From a bacterium (GTDB lineage Bacteria; Patescibacteriota; Saccharimonadia; CAILAD01; JADZBC01): a stretch of DNA of 64,000 bases. The notes under the pieces are model-generated. The model saw only the letters and a list, made by a program, of their open reading frames with translations, was not told where the DNA came from and searched no databases. Positions 1-9,753 of the stretch are shown piece by piece. How positions within the stretch are numbered: the stretch's first letter is position 1; every line of letters starts with the position of its first letter. The DNA is taken from positions 294 through 64,293 of the forward strand of contig JADZBC010000016.1 of the NCBI GenBank assembly GCA_020852295.1, in the 5' to 3' direction. A program made the translations under genes and the position numbers.

Positions 1-3000
1 TCATCAGATGGGTCTCTCGCGACAGCCCATCTTATTGCCTTTAACCAAGTCAGTAACCCAAACTTACGGGTTAGCGCAGATGGAAATTTCATCTACGTCG
101 CAGATGCCTACAATTTATACAAATATGATGTCGCACAGGATGCCACAAATTCAGTGGGAGTGTCGGCTCAAACTAGGTTGAATATTGCCGACTCACGCAC
201 GGCTCGTGATCAGATGTCGCTGAACCCGGCCGAAACACGACTCTACCTCGGTGGTGGCGACAAGATTGAGATATTTGATGTCACTTCAAACACTCCAGTA
301 TCTCTCGGCCACATGGACAGCGCTGCAGCCAATCCACGCCATGATCTTGTGTTTAGTGCCGACGGTAAACGGGCCTTTATGGCCTACGCTGCGCCGGTCA
401 ATAGTCAGCCGGGCATCGTCGTGGCGGAGTTTGATACTCAAAATAATCTCCCAATGGGCGTACTGAACGTCGACAAAAATCCTCTCACCGGAGCCGGCCT
501 AGTCCTATCCAATAACGTCACCGTTGTGGAATCAGCTACAGTTTCTTTCGACGTCAATCAACCAGTTATCTACGATACGAATGGTAGCTTTGAGTTCATC
601 AAGAACAATCCAACTACTCAAGATGTTGCAACCCGCTACGCCCTCGGCGCCCTGTCAATAAACGTGACTGGTGGCAATGTGCCAGATGGTATGACATTTG
701 GAATCTGTAATTACGGCCCCGAACAAAGACCCTGTTTCCAAGGTACTCCAGTCACGCCCGGAAGCTACACGTTTACTGCATCCATATCAGATGGCATCAC
801 GAACTCCGAGAAAGAATTCAATGTGACGATCAATAACGGCATCGAGTTTCTCAATCCAAACAACGAGTCACCCAACATCCAAACGACAACCGGCGTAACT
901 GGCCAGTCTTACTCGGCGACATTCAGTGTACGTCATCGAGTGGGTAACAGCACCATCTCCTTGATTAATGGCACCCTGCCCCCTGGTCTCAACTTCACCC
1001 AGGTTGATAATGACACGGCCACCATTACCGGGACGATTGACCAGAATCAGCCAATCGAAGGTGTATGTTTCACGTTACAAGCCACCGATGACTACAACTC
1101 AAACGAGCAGGGTTTCTGCATGAATATTGTCGCCACCCCATTGAGTATCACGACCGGTTCACTCCCTGATGGAACATTCACTACGCCATATAACCAAACT
1201 GTCTATACTGCTGGGGGCGATGCTCCGACAAGCTTTAGTGTCATAAGCGGTAGTCTACCAAGTGGGCTCGAACTCGACAGCGGCACTGGCGTGATATCTG
1301 GCACACCATCATCGCCGGGAACCTATACATTTACTATCCGCGCCACCGATCGTACGGGTAGTGTTGAGCAAGAGTACGTGCTGGTCATTCAAAGTGGGGT
1401 GAACAACAACGCCGAGATCACCACTACAAGTTTATCCCGTGGACGCATCAACATCCGCTACACCGGCGACTACGTGCAGCGTATTCAGGCCGCCAACTTC
1501 ACGGGCGACGTATCTTGGTCGGTGGTGACTGGAGACCTCCCGGCCGGTCTGAGTCTCTACCAAGATGGCAATGACGCCATCATCGACGGTACGCCAACCG
1601 AGTCGGGGATCTTTACCTTTACGGTCGCCGCGAGTGATGGCATCAATGACCGCACCAAAGAACTCAGTATCCGCATAGATCCAAACCCACCTGAGCCAGC
1701 TCGTACCTCTGTAACCATCACCTCACCGACCAACGGCGTCTCACTGGGTGGCCCAACCCAACTTGTCACCGGTACCGCCTCTCCGGCTGGATCAATCATC
1801 CAGCTCTCTATCGACAATGATAACCCGTTTGACGTCCAGGTGGGCGGCGACGGTAAGTGGAGCTTTGAGGCCAAAGGACTGACCTCGGGCCCCCACACCT
1901 TCCGCGCGAGCATCAAACAATCGGCCCGCGAGTACGCCTACGTACCAAACACCTATACTCACGACGTCAATATCATCAACACCGTCACCGATACCGTCGT
2001 CGGTACTATAAAAACACCAAACCCCAATCTGTTTACGGGAGGCGCCTGGGCAACCAAAGATGGTAAAACCGTCTACGTTGGAGGAGGTGACGTTCAGACT
2101 GATCCGGTATTCTCAATTTCCACCCTCATCTACGAGCTCGACACTGCGACCAACACATTTAAGCGTTCGATTCGGCTCGAAAATGATCAATTGAATTCAT
2201 TTGTGATCGACGCCAGCGACCGCTATGCCTACACCTCAACAATCGACACTACAAACGGCACAAAGAAACTCGTTAAGATCGACCTCAAAAATATGCAGAT
2301 CGTGAAAACTACTACCGTGCCATCGCTTGGTAACTACAGTCCCTATTTGCCGTTCGGCTACAGTGCACTGTCTGATGACGAATCAAAGCTCTTTATTCCT
2401 TACAGTGCAAGTAATTTTGTAAGTATCGTTGACACGAATACCCTCACCGTCATCGGCAGCACCGACATCGGCCGTCCATCCATCCAGTTGCAGGCACTTC
2501 CTGACGATAAGATCGTAGCTATGCCTTTCCTGGAGGTCCCTACTGCCAATCCAGTTATTACAATCCTCAACCAAAGTGGACAGGTCGCATCAACTGTTAC
2601 GACAGATACTCAGGGCACCCAGGTGCTTTATCTTGGTTCACTGCTTTCGTCGGATAACCAATACATCATCAATAGATTTTCAATACCGTCCGAAAATCTC
2701 AATGGTATTTCTATTGCGAACCCAACTACCCTATCTAACGTCGGCGTACTGACCGGGATCGGTTTTGGCTTTGGCATGTCAGCCACTGCGGACAGCCAGA
2801 AAGTCTATGTCGTAAATGGCAACCGCGACCCAGTAGGTGGTGGCTTTGGCTGGGGCTCAGTCGATGTCATAAAAAATCCAACCGGCATGTTGGTTGGTAG
2901 TAAATACCCCATCCAAGTCGGCCTATTCACCCAGGCACTCGGTAACTGGATCGCCAATATACCCGAAACCACCATTAGTACCTCAACGTCAGTCAATATC

Positions 3001-4551
3001 TATGGTGGCGTCAAGCCAAGCTCAGGTGGCACAACCGTCATCACACTCCCCGGCTTTAGGTTGCCAAATATTAGCTTGCCCAACATCAAGCCATTCAACC
3101 TACCGTCTTACAACTTCAATCCAAACCTCAATCTGCCAAACCTCGCTCCAATCACTGGCCTACCAACTGACAAAGTATCAGTGAGCAAAACCAACGCTGG
3201 AGTTCTCGATAACCTGCTTGGTACGCTCAAAACCAGTGTCAGCCTGGTACCTACCAAGGTCGCGCTTGCCTTCCCGTACCTGATGCTACTGGTACTTATC
3301 GTCATGATCTTGAGCCTGCTCGCACAGACCCGCGACGAGCTCGAGAAAGCCCGTGAGATCAAGCGCATCATTGCCAAGCGCAAGAGCCTCGAAGAAGAGC
3401 GTAATAACTTCATTAGCCTCATCTCGCACTACCTCAATACACCAATTAGTATGATGCAAGGTGGAGTTGATCTGATCGCCACCCTCCAGCGCGCACCAAA
3501 GAGCATGACTGATAGCCTGCAAAAAACGCTCAGCTCACTCGGTCAGAAGATCAAGAGCATGCTGACAAGCACTGCCCAAAGCAGCTTGGACAAGCCGGTC
3601 GATACGAAAAACCCTATCATGATCAAGCCATACAAGTCATTTGCGGTGATGGCGCCCGTAATACTCGTGGCCGTCTTCACTGCTGCGACCAACTGGCTGT
3701 TCAACGCTGCAGGGGTCGTCGATATCTCGATCATCAATATCTTCACCCAAATCATGGCCTTTGCCCTACTGATCCAGGCGCTTTTCTCTACATACAAGCA
3801 CCACGAAAATGCCAAGCACAACCTTGCCCTCGCCCAAGCCTCGCTCGACAACGAGGTGACCATGGCACAGGCTCGCCTCCACTTCCTGAGTGGCTCAGTC
3901 GAAGAACTCAAGACTGAAGTAGCCGGGCTGCGACGCAATCTCCCTGGGCTGGCTGCCGCGCCAAATGCCAAGGCCGTAAAAGATGGTTATGCCCGCCTCC
4001 AGAGTATTCTAAGCCGGCTGCAGCTTTTGACCGAAATCGAACAAGACAAGCATCGTGGCGAGATCAAGAGCTTCAATCTCCGCCGCGCCGTCGAGAACGT
4101 CATAAGTCAGTACAAACCACAGTTGGCCGCTCGCAATATCACCGTCGATATCGACGTCACCAAGTCGCTCTACATCAAGCAAGATCAGCAAATGCTCGAG
4201 CTAGTCATCAGCTCTCTGATCGATAATGCGATCAAATTTGTGCCAAAATCTGACGGCTACATCAAGATCGCCTCACGCGTCAACAAGGGTCGTATCAGCT
4301 TGACGGTCAGCGACAACGGCGCTGGTATCGCCAAGACCAAGCTCAAGCAGCTCTTTAAGCCATTCTCGCGAGCCGAAAGCGCCCTCCGCTTCAACTACGA
4401 AGGCCTTGGACTCAGTCTCTACCTCGACAAAGTCATCGTCGAAAAGCTCGGTGGAACTATCCAGATTGAATCAAGTAAAGGTAGTGGCACGACTGTCACC
4501 ATCGACCTTTCACCGCAACACAAACCAGTCAGCACGCCAAAAAAACGCTAA
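1..4551 (+). CDS. Giant membrane sensor histidine kinase with extracellular beta-propeller (YVTN-like) and Ig-like (putative Ig/He_PIG) repeats; 5'-truncated by window edge
   Basis: Frame open from base 1; repeated 'G.LP.GL.l....G.i.GTP...G.y.FT..A.D' Ig repeats; 'AYVPN..thdV.iInt.T.tVv..I' propeller; H-box SHYLNTP; N-box SLIDNAIKF, G1 DNGAGI, G2 GLGLSL. Confidence 0.85.
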   Translation, partial: SSDGSLATAHLIAFNQVSNPNLRVSADGNFIYVADAYNLYKYDVAQDATNSVGVSAQTRLNIADSRTARDQMSLNPAETRLYLGGGDKIEIFDVTSNTPVSLGHMDSAAANPRHDLVFSADGKRAFMAYAAPVNSQPGIVVAEFDTQNNLPMGVLNVDKNPLTGAGLVLSNNVTVVESATVSFDVNQPVIYDTNGSFEFIKNNPTTQDVATRYALGALSINVTGGNVPDGMTFGICNYGPEQRPCFQGTPVTPGSYTFTASISDGITNSEKEFNVTINNGIEFLNPNNESPNIQTTTGVTGQSYSATFSVRHRVGNSTISLINGTLPPGLNFTQVDNDTATITGTIDQNQPIEGVCFTLQATDDYNSNEQGFCMNIVATPLSITTGSLPDGTFTTPYNQTVYTAGGDAPTSFSVISGSLPSGLELDSGTGVISGTPSSPGTYTFTIRATDRTGSVEQEYVLVIQSGVNNNAEITTTSLSRGRINIRYTGDYVQRIQAANFTGDVSWSVVTGDLPAGLSLYQDGNDAIIDGTPTESGIFTFTVAASDGINDRTKELSIRIDPNPPEPARTSVTITSPTNGVSLGGPTQLVTGTASPAGSIIQLSIDNDNPFDVQVGGDGKWSFEAKGLTSGPHTFRASIKQSAREYAYVPNTYTHDVNIINTVTDTVVGTIKTPNPNLFTGGAWATKDGKTVYVGGGDVQTDPVFSISTLIYELDTATNTFKRSIRLENDQLNSFVIDASDRYAYTSTIDTTNGTKKLVKIDLKNMQIVKTTTVPSLGNYSPYLPFGYSALSDDESKLFIPYSASNFVSIVDTNTLTVIGSTDIGRPSIQLQALPDDKIVAMPFLEVPTANPVITILNQSGQVASTVTTDTQGTQVLYLGSLLSSDNQYIINRFSIPSENLNGISIANPTTLSNVGVLTGIGFGFGMSATADSQKVYVVNGNRDPVGGGFGWGSVDVIKNPTGMLVGSKYPIQVGLFTQALGNWIANIPETTISTSTSVNIYGGVKPSSGGTTVITLPGFRLPNISLPNIKPFNLPSYNFNPNLNLPNLAPITGLPTDKVSVSKTNAGVLDNLLGTLKTSVSLVPTKVALAFPYLMLLVLIVMILSLLAQTRDELEKAREIKRIIAKRKSLEEERNNFISLISHYLNTPISMMQGGVDLIATLQRAPKSMTDSLQKTLSSLGQKIKSMLTSTAQSSLDKPVDTKNPIMIKPYKSFAVMAPVILVAVFTAATNWLFNAAGVVDISIINIFTQIMAFALLIQALFSTYKHHENAKHNLALAQASLDNEVTMAQARLHFLSGSVEELKTEVAGLRRNLPGLAAAPNAKAVKDGYARLQSILSRLQLLTEIEQDKHRGEIKSFNLRRAVENVISQYKPQLAARNITVDIDVTKSLYIKQDQQMLELVISSLIDNAIKFVPKSDGYIKIASRVNKGRISLTVSDNGAGIAKTKLKQLFKPFSRAESALRFNYEGLGLSLYLDKVIVEKLGGTIQIESSKGSGTTVTIDLSPQHKPVSTPKKR

Positions 4552-4710
4552 CTATTGCTGCGCTATCTGATCGGCGCGCTGAATTGCGTCAACATAAATT
4601 GTGCGAACTTGATCTACTTTTTGTAGAGCCCTGTCAGTATTCGACTTTAAGTATTGTGCGTAACCACAGATAACCACAAGTACGATAACGAGCTTTATTT
4701 TCCAGGCCAT
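4552..4710 (-). CDS. Small 52-aa membrane-anchored protein (MAWKIKLVIVLVVICGYAQYLKS...AQQ)
   Basis: Hand-translated ORF below the track cutoff; fills the intergenic gap exactly, GGAAGG upstream, N-terminal hydrophobic helix. Confidence 0.5.
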   Translation of the reverse strand: MAWKIKLVIVLVVICGYAQYLKSNTDRALQKVDQVRTIYVDAIQRADQIAQQ

Positions 4711-4773
4711 CGCCTTCCCCACGTATACGCAACTATCCTAGGACCGACGGCAAACTTATGCAAGCATAGCTAG

Positions 4774-6207
4774 TTATGATTCGATCGGCAGACTCGATTG
4801 GGCCGAGCGTTCGAACTCAATCCGCTTCACTTCAGCAGCACGCTCTGCCAAATCGATTGGGTATTCCCCCGTAAAACAAGCCAAGCAAAGCGACTCGGCG
4901 GGCCGATCAATGGCGCCGAGCATGCCTTCGATCGACATATACCCCAGACTGTCAGCTCCGATCTCGGCTGCAACTTGCTGGGTCGAATGCAAACGCCCAG
5001 CGATGAGCTTGGTCTGATCAGGTGTATTGATGCCGTAGAAATCAGGATACAGCACTGGGGGTGAACTCACTCGGACATGAACCTCACGCGCGCCCGCCTC
5101 GCGCACCATCGCTACAATCTGTTTTGTGGTTGTACCACGCACGATCGAATCATCCACCAGGACGACCCGGCGATCTTTAACCACCTCAGGTAGTGGGTTG
5201 AGCTTCATCTGAACCGCCCGTTCGCGCAATTGCTGACCAGGGCTAATGAAGGTTCGGTGGATGTAGCGATTCTTGATAAGGCCATGGTCAAACTCGATAT
5301 TGAGCGCCTCGGCATAACCCAATGCCGCCGGAATCGAGGAATCAGGTACCGGAATCACAACATCGGCCTCAACCGGCTCTTCAAGCGCCAGAGTGTGTCC
5401 AAGCCGGCGACGGACTTCATTGACGCGCTGTCCCTGAAGTAAGCTATCTGGGCGCGCGAAGTAAATATATTCAAAAATCTCGAGCTTTTCTTTCGCTGGA
5501 CGAACGATGGTACTCGTCAGCTCGCCATCAATTATCTCGATAAGCTCTCCAGGCAGCACATCGCGCTCAAATTGAGCGCCAATAATATCAAAGGCACAGG
5601 TTTCGGACGCCACCACATAGCCTCCATCGGCTAGTCGCCCAATCGAGAGTGGCCGAATGCCATGTTCATCCCGAAAAGCGATCAAGCTATCACGAGTCAG
5701 CAGCACACAAGAAAAAGCGCCGGTAAATAGTGGCCAGACTTCACGTACTGCTTCGTGCGTGGTTTTTCCATGGTAGCGCCAGTATCGGATTGCATCCGCC
5801 ATCATCTCCGTGTCATTGCTGCCACGCTTGAAGACTTTGCGCTCCATAAGATAGTTTTTGAGTGCCTTCGTCGAAGGAATATTGCCATTGTGTGCCAGCG
5901 CAATCAGGTCGTCACTGCGCAAAACCGGCTGTACATGTGCATCATGCGCAGCGCCAGATGTTGCATATCGGTTGTGCCCAACGGCCGCAAACCCTTTTAG
6001 CTGATCAAGCGTAGCATCACTATAGACCTGAGCCACGAGCCCTGGCCCAACATGAGAACGAAACTGTTCGCCATCGGTAACTACAATACCTGAACTCTCT
6101 TGGCCACGGTGCTGAAGCGCAGATAGGCCATAGTAAGTAAGACGCGCCACATCTGATTTTGGCGCGTAAACTGCAAACACCGCACATTTTTCTGTGAGTT
6201 CACCCAT
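4774..6207 (-). CDS. purF: Amidophosphoribosyltransferase
   Basis: EKCAVF propeptide/Cys1, LQHRGQESSG, GHNRYAT, DDSIVRGTT PRPP motif; true start MGELTEKC (the ORF-track extension overlaps tRNA-Pro). Confidence 0.95.
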   Translation of the reverse strand: MGELTEKCAVFAVYAPKSDVARLTYYGLSALQHRGQESSGIVVTDGEQFRSHVGPGLVAQVYSDATLDQLKGFAAVGHNRYATSGAAHDAHVQPVLRSDDLIALAHNGNIPSTKALKNYLMERKVFKRGSNDTEMMADAIRYWRYHGKTTHEAVREVWPLFTGAFSCVLLTRDSLIAFRDEHGIRPLSIGRLADGGYVVASETCAFDIIGAQFERDVLPGELIEIIDGELTSTIVRPAKEKLEIFEYIYFARPDSLLQGQRVNEVRRRLGHTLALEEPVEADVVIPVPDSSIPAALGYAEALNIEFDHGLIKNRYIHRTFISPGQQLRERAVQMKLNPLPEVVKDRRVVLVDDSIVRGTTTKQIVAMVREAGAREVHVRVSSPPVLYPDFYGINTPDQTKLIAGRLHSTQQVAAEIGADSLGYMSIEGMLGAIDRPAESLCLACFTGEYPIDLAERAAEVKRIEFERSAQSSLPIES

Positions 6208-6251
6208 TAGCTTTAGTGTACTACGATCTTGGGATTGAATATAGATGAGAT

Positions 6252-6327
6252 TGGTCAGGGTGACAGGACTTGAACCTGCGACCTCACGGCCCCCAGCCGT
6301 ACGCGCTACCAGCTGCGCCACACCCTG
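6252..6327 (-). tRNA. tRNA-Pro(GGG)
   Basis: Cloverleaf CAGGGTG...CACCCTG-A-CCA, anticodon loop CTGGGGG, GGTTCAA T-loop. Confidence 0.93.
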
Positions 6328-6409
6328 ATAAAGATATTGTACTATGTTTCTCGATCAAAAATAGCTTTCAACTTTACATGATTGTCATGCTAAGGCATAA
6401 TACTTATGT

Positions 6410-6952
6410 ATGTTTAAGGTTGTTAAATCGCTGGAAGCACTCGAGATAGTGGGCCAAAAGAACGTCAGCTCACTCTCTGAGTTGGTGGACCACAAGCAGC
6501 TTCGATCGGTCTTTGCCACCAGCTCCGCTGGGGCGACCCGCCGTCGCATCATTGATACAATGGCAATTCTGTCGCGGCAGGGCTTTGTCTCGGTTGGCCA
6601 GCTCGACGGCGAAAAGATCTATAAGCTCTCAGCCAAAGGCAAAAAACATCTAGCCACATATAGTATCCTCAAGACGGGTGTGGTTCGGCCCGCTCGCTGG
6701 GATGGTAACTGGTACCTGGTCACGTTTGATATTCCGGAGCGCCAGAAGGTTGCCCGCAATAGTCTTATCAGTCATCTGAAAAATCAGGGTTTTATCAATT
6801 ACACCAAGGGTATCTGGATTCTTCCGTATAATCCGAAACGTTTCTTGACTGATCTCGCCCAGCATCTCGGTCTTACGTCCCAGATCAAGCTTATTGAAGC
6901 CCGCAAAATCGACGACGAGGCAAGATATAAGCGTCACTTCCGGCTCAAATAA
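6410..6952 (+). CDS. PaaX-like regulator: winged-helix N-terminus plus Cas2-like ferredoxin fold
   Basis: YKLSAKG wing; WDGNWYLVTFDIPE...R..L...L...GF......W pattern shared by PaaX and Cas2. Confidence 0.75.
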   Translation: MFKVVKSLEALEIVGQKNVSSLSELVDHKQLRSVFATSSAGATRRRIIDTMAILSRQGFVSVGQLDGEKIYKLSAKGKKHLATYSILKTGVVRPARWDGNWYLVTFDIPERQKVARNSLISHLKNQGFINYTKGIWILPYNPKRFLTDLAQHLGLTSQIKLIEARKIDDEARYKRHFRLK

Positions 6953-7155
6953 AAAACAGGCACCTTGGGCGCCTGAGAATGAATATAATGCCGGCTCCGC
7001 TCAAGAACCGCGTTCGTCACAACTCTTCCTGGACCACGCCAGGTGGGTGTCCGCAGCATGCACGCCTATAGCGAGCAGCAATCTAGGTCTCCCAAAATGA
7101 TACTTAAGCAGAAAAGTTGCGACGTTAAAGTGCGAGAGCAGCAGAGCTTACGCTC
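6953..7155 (-). ncRNA. ssrS: Probable 6S RNA (SsrS) with intrinsic terminator
   Basis: TATACT -10 at 7156-7161; closing stem TGCTGCTCTCGC/GCGGAGCCGGCA; 14-bp helix CGTCGCAACTTTTC/GAAGAGTTGTGACG; GGGAG, ACCCACCT and CGGCA motifs; terminator CAGGCGCC-CAA-GGTGCCTG-T6. Confidence 0.55.
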
Positions 7156-7161
7156 AGTATA

Positions 7162-7797
7162 TCATAAAATACCGCGACCCAGCAGGAGTGAGGCAAGGCC
7201 ACCAATGATACCCCCGAGGACTGGCTGCAAGAAGCTATAGAACAAGAAGAAGATGAAAAATACGCCGATTAGTCCGGTTGATTCAAACCGATCCATAGCA
7301 TCGGCCAGCGGATCGGGCGCAATTGCATAAATCAGCCGTGAACCGTCCAGGGGTGGGATCGGGATCATGTTAAAAACAAAAAAGCCCAGGTTAATCAGTA
7401 CGAAACCGACCAATATCTCATAGCCGAGCCCCGTGATTGCGAAGACACGCAGATAGATTGCCACAAACGCCGCCATCAAGAAGTTACTCAGCGGACCAGC
7501 AAACGCCACCATCGCAGCTCCGAATTTGCCGTATTTGACCGCATACGGGTTGAATGGTACTGGCTTAGCGGCTCCGAACACAATTGGTGAGCCAACCAGG
7601 ATGAGGATAATCGGCAACAGGAGTGTCAGGAAGGGATCAATGTGCGCCATCGGATTAAGCGTCAGTCTACCCTCTCGCTTCGCGGTCACATCTCCAAGGG
7701 CATGGCCTGCCCAAGCATGGGAAAACTCGTGAACCGTGATCACGATACCGACGATTCCGATATAAGCTAGGATGCTAATGAGGTTAAGATTTGCCAT
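7162..7797 (-). CDS. Site-2 protease family (M50) membrane metalloprotease
   Basis: HEFSH, AGPLSN, FNMIPIPPLDG. Confidence 0.92.
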   Translation of the reverse strand: MANLNLISILAYIGIVGIVITVHEFSHAWAGHALGDVTAKREGRLTLNPMAHIDPFLTLLLPIILILVGSPIVFGAAKPVPFNPYAVKYGKFGAAMVAFAGPLSNFLMAAFVAIYLRVFAITGLGYEILVGFVLINLGFFVFNMIPIPPLDGSRLIYAIAPDPLADAMDRFESTGLIGVFFIFFLFYSFLQPVLGGIIGGLASLLLGRGIL

Positions 7798-7901
7798 GGC
7801 CCTATTCTAGCCTATTTCCAGTCCTCTCACCAGTCGAACAGTTGCACTTATCAGGATAAAATGCTATGATAACGCAGTTATATCACTAGGGTAAAAATAT
7901 T

Positions 7902-8123
7902 ATGTCTCACAAATGTGATCTTACAGGTAAAGGCAAGCAGTTCGGCTCAAACGTCAGCCACTCGATGCGCCACACCAAGAAAGTGTGGAAGCCAAACCTG
8001 CAAACCAAAACTCTCATCATCGATGGCCAGGCTGTACGTCTCAAGTTGGCCGCTTCGACGATCCGAACACTGAAGAAATATCAGGCACAAGAAGCTGCCC
8101 GCGCTGAAAAAGCTCAGGCGTAG
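7902..8123 (+). CDS. rpmB: 50S ribosomal protein L28
   Basis: CDLTGK...G.NVSHS..HTKK.WKPNLQ. Confidence 0.95.
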   Translation: MSHKCDLTGKGKQFGSNVSHSMRHTKKVWKPNLQTKTLIIDGQAVRLKLAASTIRTLKKYQAQEAARAEKAQA

Positions 8124-8137
8124 ATAGCTCTCGCCTC

Positions 8138-8668
8138 TTACTGAAGAACTGTCAGGACCGTATCGTCCGGCAGTTCTTTTTTGGTGACTTTTAACTTTTC
8201 GACTGGCTCGACGGTGACACCCATATCTTTAGCGAGCGCAGCGAGCGCGGCGTCGTCGAAATTCATCGGGATTACTATAGAAGGCTCTATAGCTGCAATC
8301 TGCTTCGTAATATCGTCCGTCTTGAGCTTATCAAGGCTAATGACCAGTACATCGATCGCACCAAGCTGCTCCACCTGCTGATCGGTCAACGGGCTTTCGA
8401 GATCACCCAAAATACCAAGCTTAAGATCATCAACTGAGATTTGATACGCCGTATTTGAAGCGCTGGTCACGACACCAGTCACCATGCAGCTTTTGACTTC
8501 ATACTCACCTGGCCCATCAAAAACAACTTCGCCATCAGCAGCCTGGCCGGTCATTGCTTGGCTTAGTAGTCGCAGATCGACTTTGCTTTTTTGCTTATCG
8601 CCGTAAGCGATGGTGAGCTGTTTTGTATTAAATTTAAAGTTGTCGGGAGAAGTAAATGTAATATCCAT
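8138..8668 (-). CDS. Degenerate metallo-beta-lactamase-fold protein (Lactamase_B_3-like)
   Basis: DGPGEYEV, LGDL, DVL.i, IEPSIVIPM; lacks HxHxDH. Confidence 0.65.
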   Translation of the reverse strand: MDITFTSPDNFKFNTKQLTIAYGDKQKSKVDLRLLSQAMTGQAADGEVVFDGPGEYEVKSCMVTGVVTSASNTAYQISVDDLKLGILGDLESPLTDQQVEQLGAIDVLVISLDKLKTDDITKQIAAIEPSIVIPMNFDDAALAALAKDMGVTVEPVEKLKVTKKELPDDTVLTVLQ

Positions 8669-8691
8669 AGCTTGTTTATTGTAGCAAACTA

Positions 8692-9753
8692 TCAGGTGTT
8701 TCGCGAGCTATCTACCGGAGTAGCACGCAACCTTGGGTGGTTTGCAATAACATCCTCGGCGACCACAGCGATTACTGCTGCAACTGGAGCTGCTAGAAGC
8801 ACCCCGATAAATCCAAGCAGCTTGCCACCAACTAATACTGCTGTGAATATTACAATAGGTGGTACGCCAAGCGCGCGTTTCATAACTTGCGGCGTTATGA
8901 TATTACCCTGGAACTGCTGCATGAGCAGATAACCGAGTGCAACCAGGGCGGCTTGCGTCGGGGAACCTGTCGTAAATGCAACGAGCACGGCGGGTAATGC
9001 ACCGAGGTAGGCTCCAAGCAGTGGCACTAACTCCATAATGCCTGCGATGAGCGCTAACGTAAGCGCGTAGTCCACACCAAGCACCGTCAGGATGATCAAA
9101 GAGAGAATGAAAATTGATAATGACAGCAGTGCCTGGCCCCGAAGCCACCCCCCGAGCCTTGAGGATATGCGTAATCCCAAATCGACGATACGTTTCTGTA
9201 GGCTTTTGTCTGGAACGAGCTCAACGACACTCATGCCGAGTTTTTTTCCGCCAATGAGCATATAGAAGGTCAGTACAAGAAAAGTCAAAAAGCCAAATAT
9301 ACTGCCGAACACACCGAAGGTCAGTGAGAGGGCTTGGGTGTTGTACTGATCACCAATGTTGGTTGCTGCCCGACCAACCCGTCGCCAGATGTCCTCCAGC
9401 ACCGGCTGCCCGGTTATGGTTTGTTGAATGCGCGCTTGATAGGTCGGAATATTCTGCGAGATTGTATTGATTTGCGCCGTCACTGCTGGCACAAGCAAGT
9501 AAACTGCCAGGCCGATCAGCGAAATAAAGGCGAGATAGATTGATACAATCGCCAGCCAGCGTGGAACGCCGAGGCGGCTGATTGCCTTGACGGATGGATC
9601 AAGTGCGGCCGCCACGATCATACAGAGAAACAGCAGCACCAAGATATCAGCTACCTGCCAAGCGAGCCAGATTGCGCCTAGGAAAAGAAAAAGATACGCG
9701 AAGCTTGATGCCGAGATTCGTATTGTAGTTGTAGAATTTGACTGGTTAGTCAC
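8692..9753 (-). CDS. AI-2E family transporter
   Basis: Multi-TM; WLRGQ, ELVPLLG, GNIITP, GFIGVLLAAP. Confidence 0.9.
   Translation of the reverse strand: MTNQSNSTTTIRISASSFAYLFLFLGAIWLAWQVADILVLLFLCMIVAAALDPSVKAISRLGVPRWLAIVSIYLAFISLIGLAVYLLVPAVTAQINTISQNIPTYQARIQQTITGQPVLEDIWRRVGRAATNIGDQYNTQALSLTFGVFGSIFGFLTFLVLTFYMLIGGKKLGMSVVELVPDKSLQKRIVDLGLRISSRLGGWLRGQALLSLSIFILSLIILTVLGVDYALTLALIAGIMELVPLLGAYLGALPAVLVAFTTGSPTQAALVALGYLLMQQFQGNIITPQVMKRALGVPPIVIFTAVLVGGKLLGFIGVLLAAPVAAVIAVVAEDVIANHPRLRATPVDSSRNT

Noticed and set aside
6208-6321. N-terminal extension of purF in the ORF track
   Set aside because: It is translation through tRNA-Pro; the real start is the ATG at 6207.
6410-6952. CRISPR-Cas locus suggested by the Cas2-like motif
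   Set aside because: No repeat-spacer array or other cas genes anywhere in the window.
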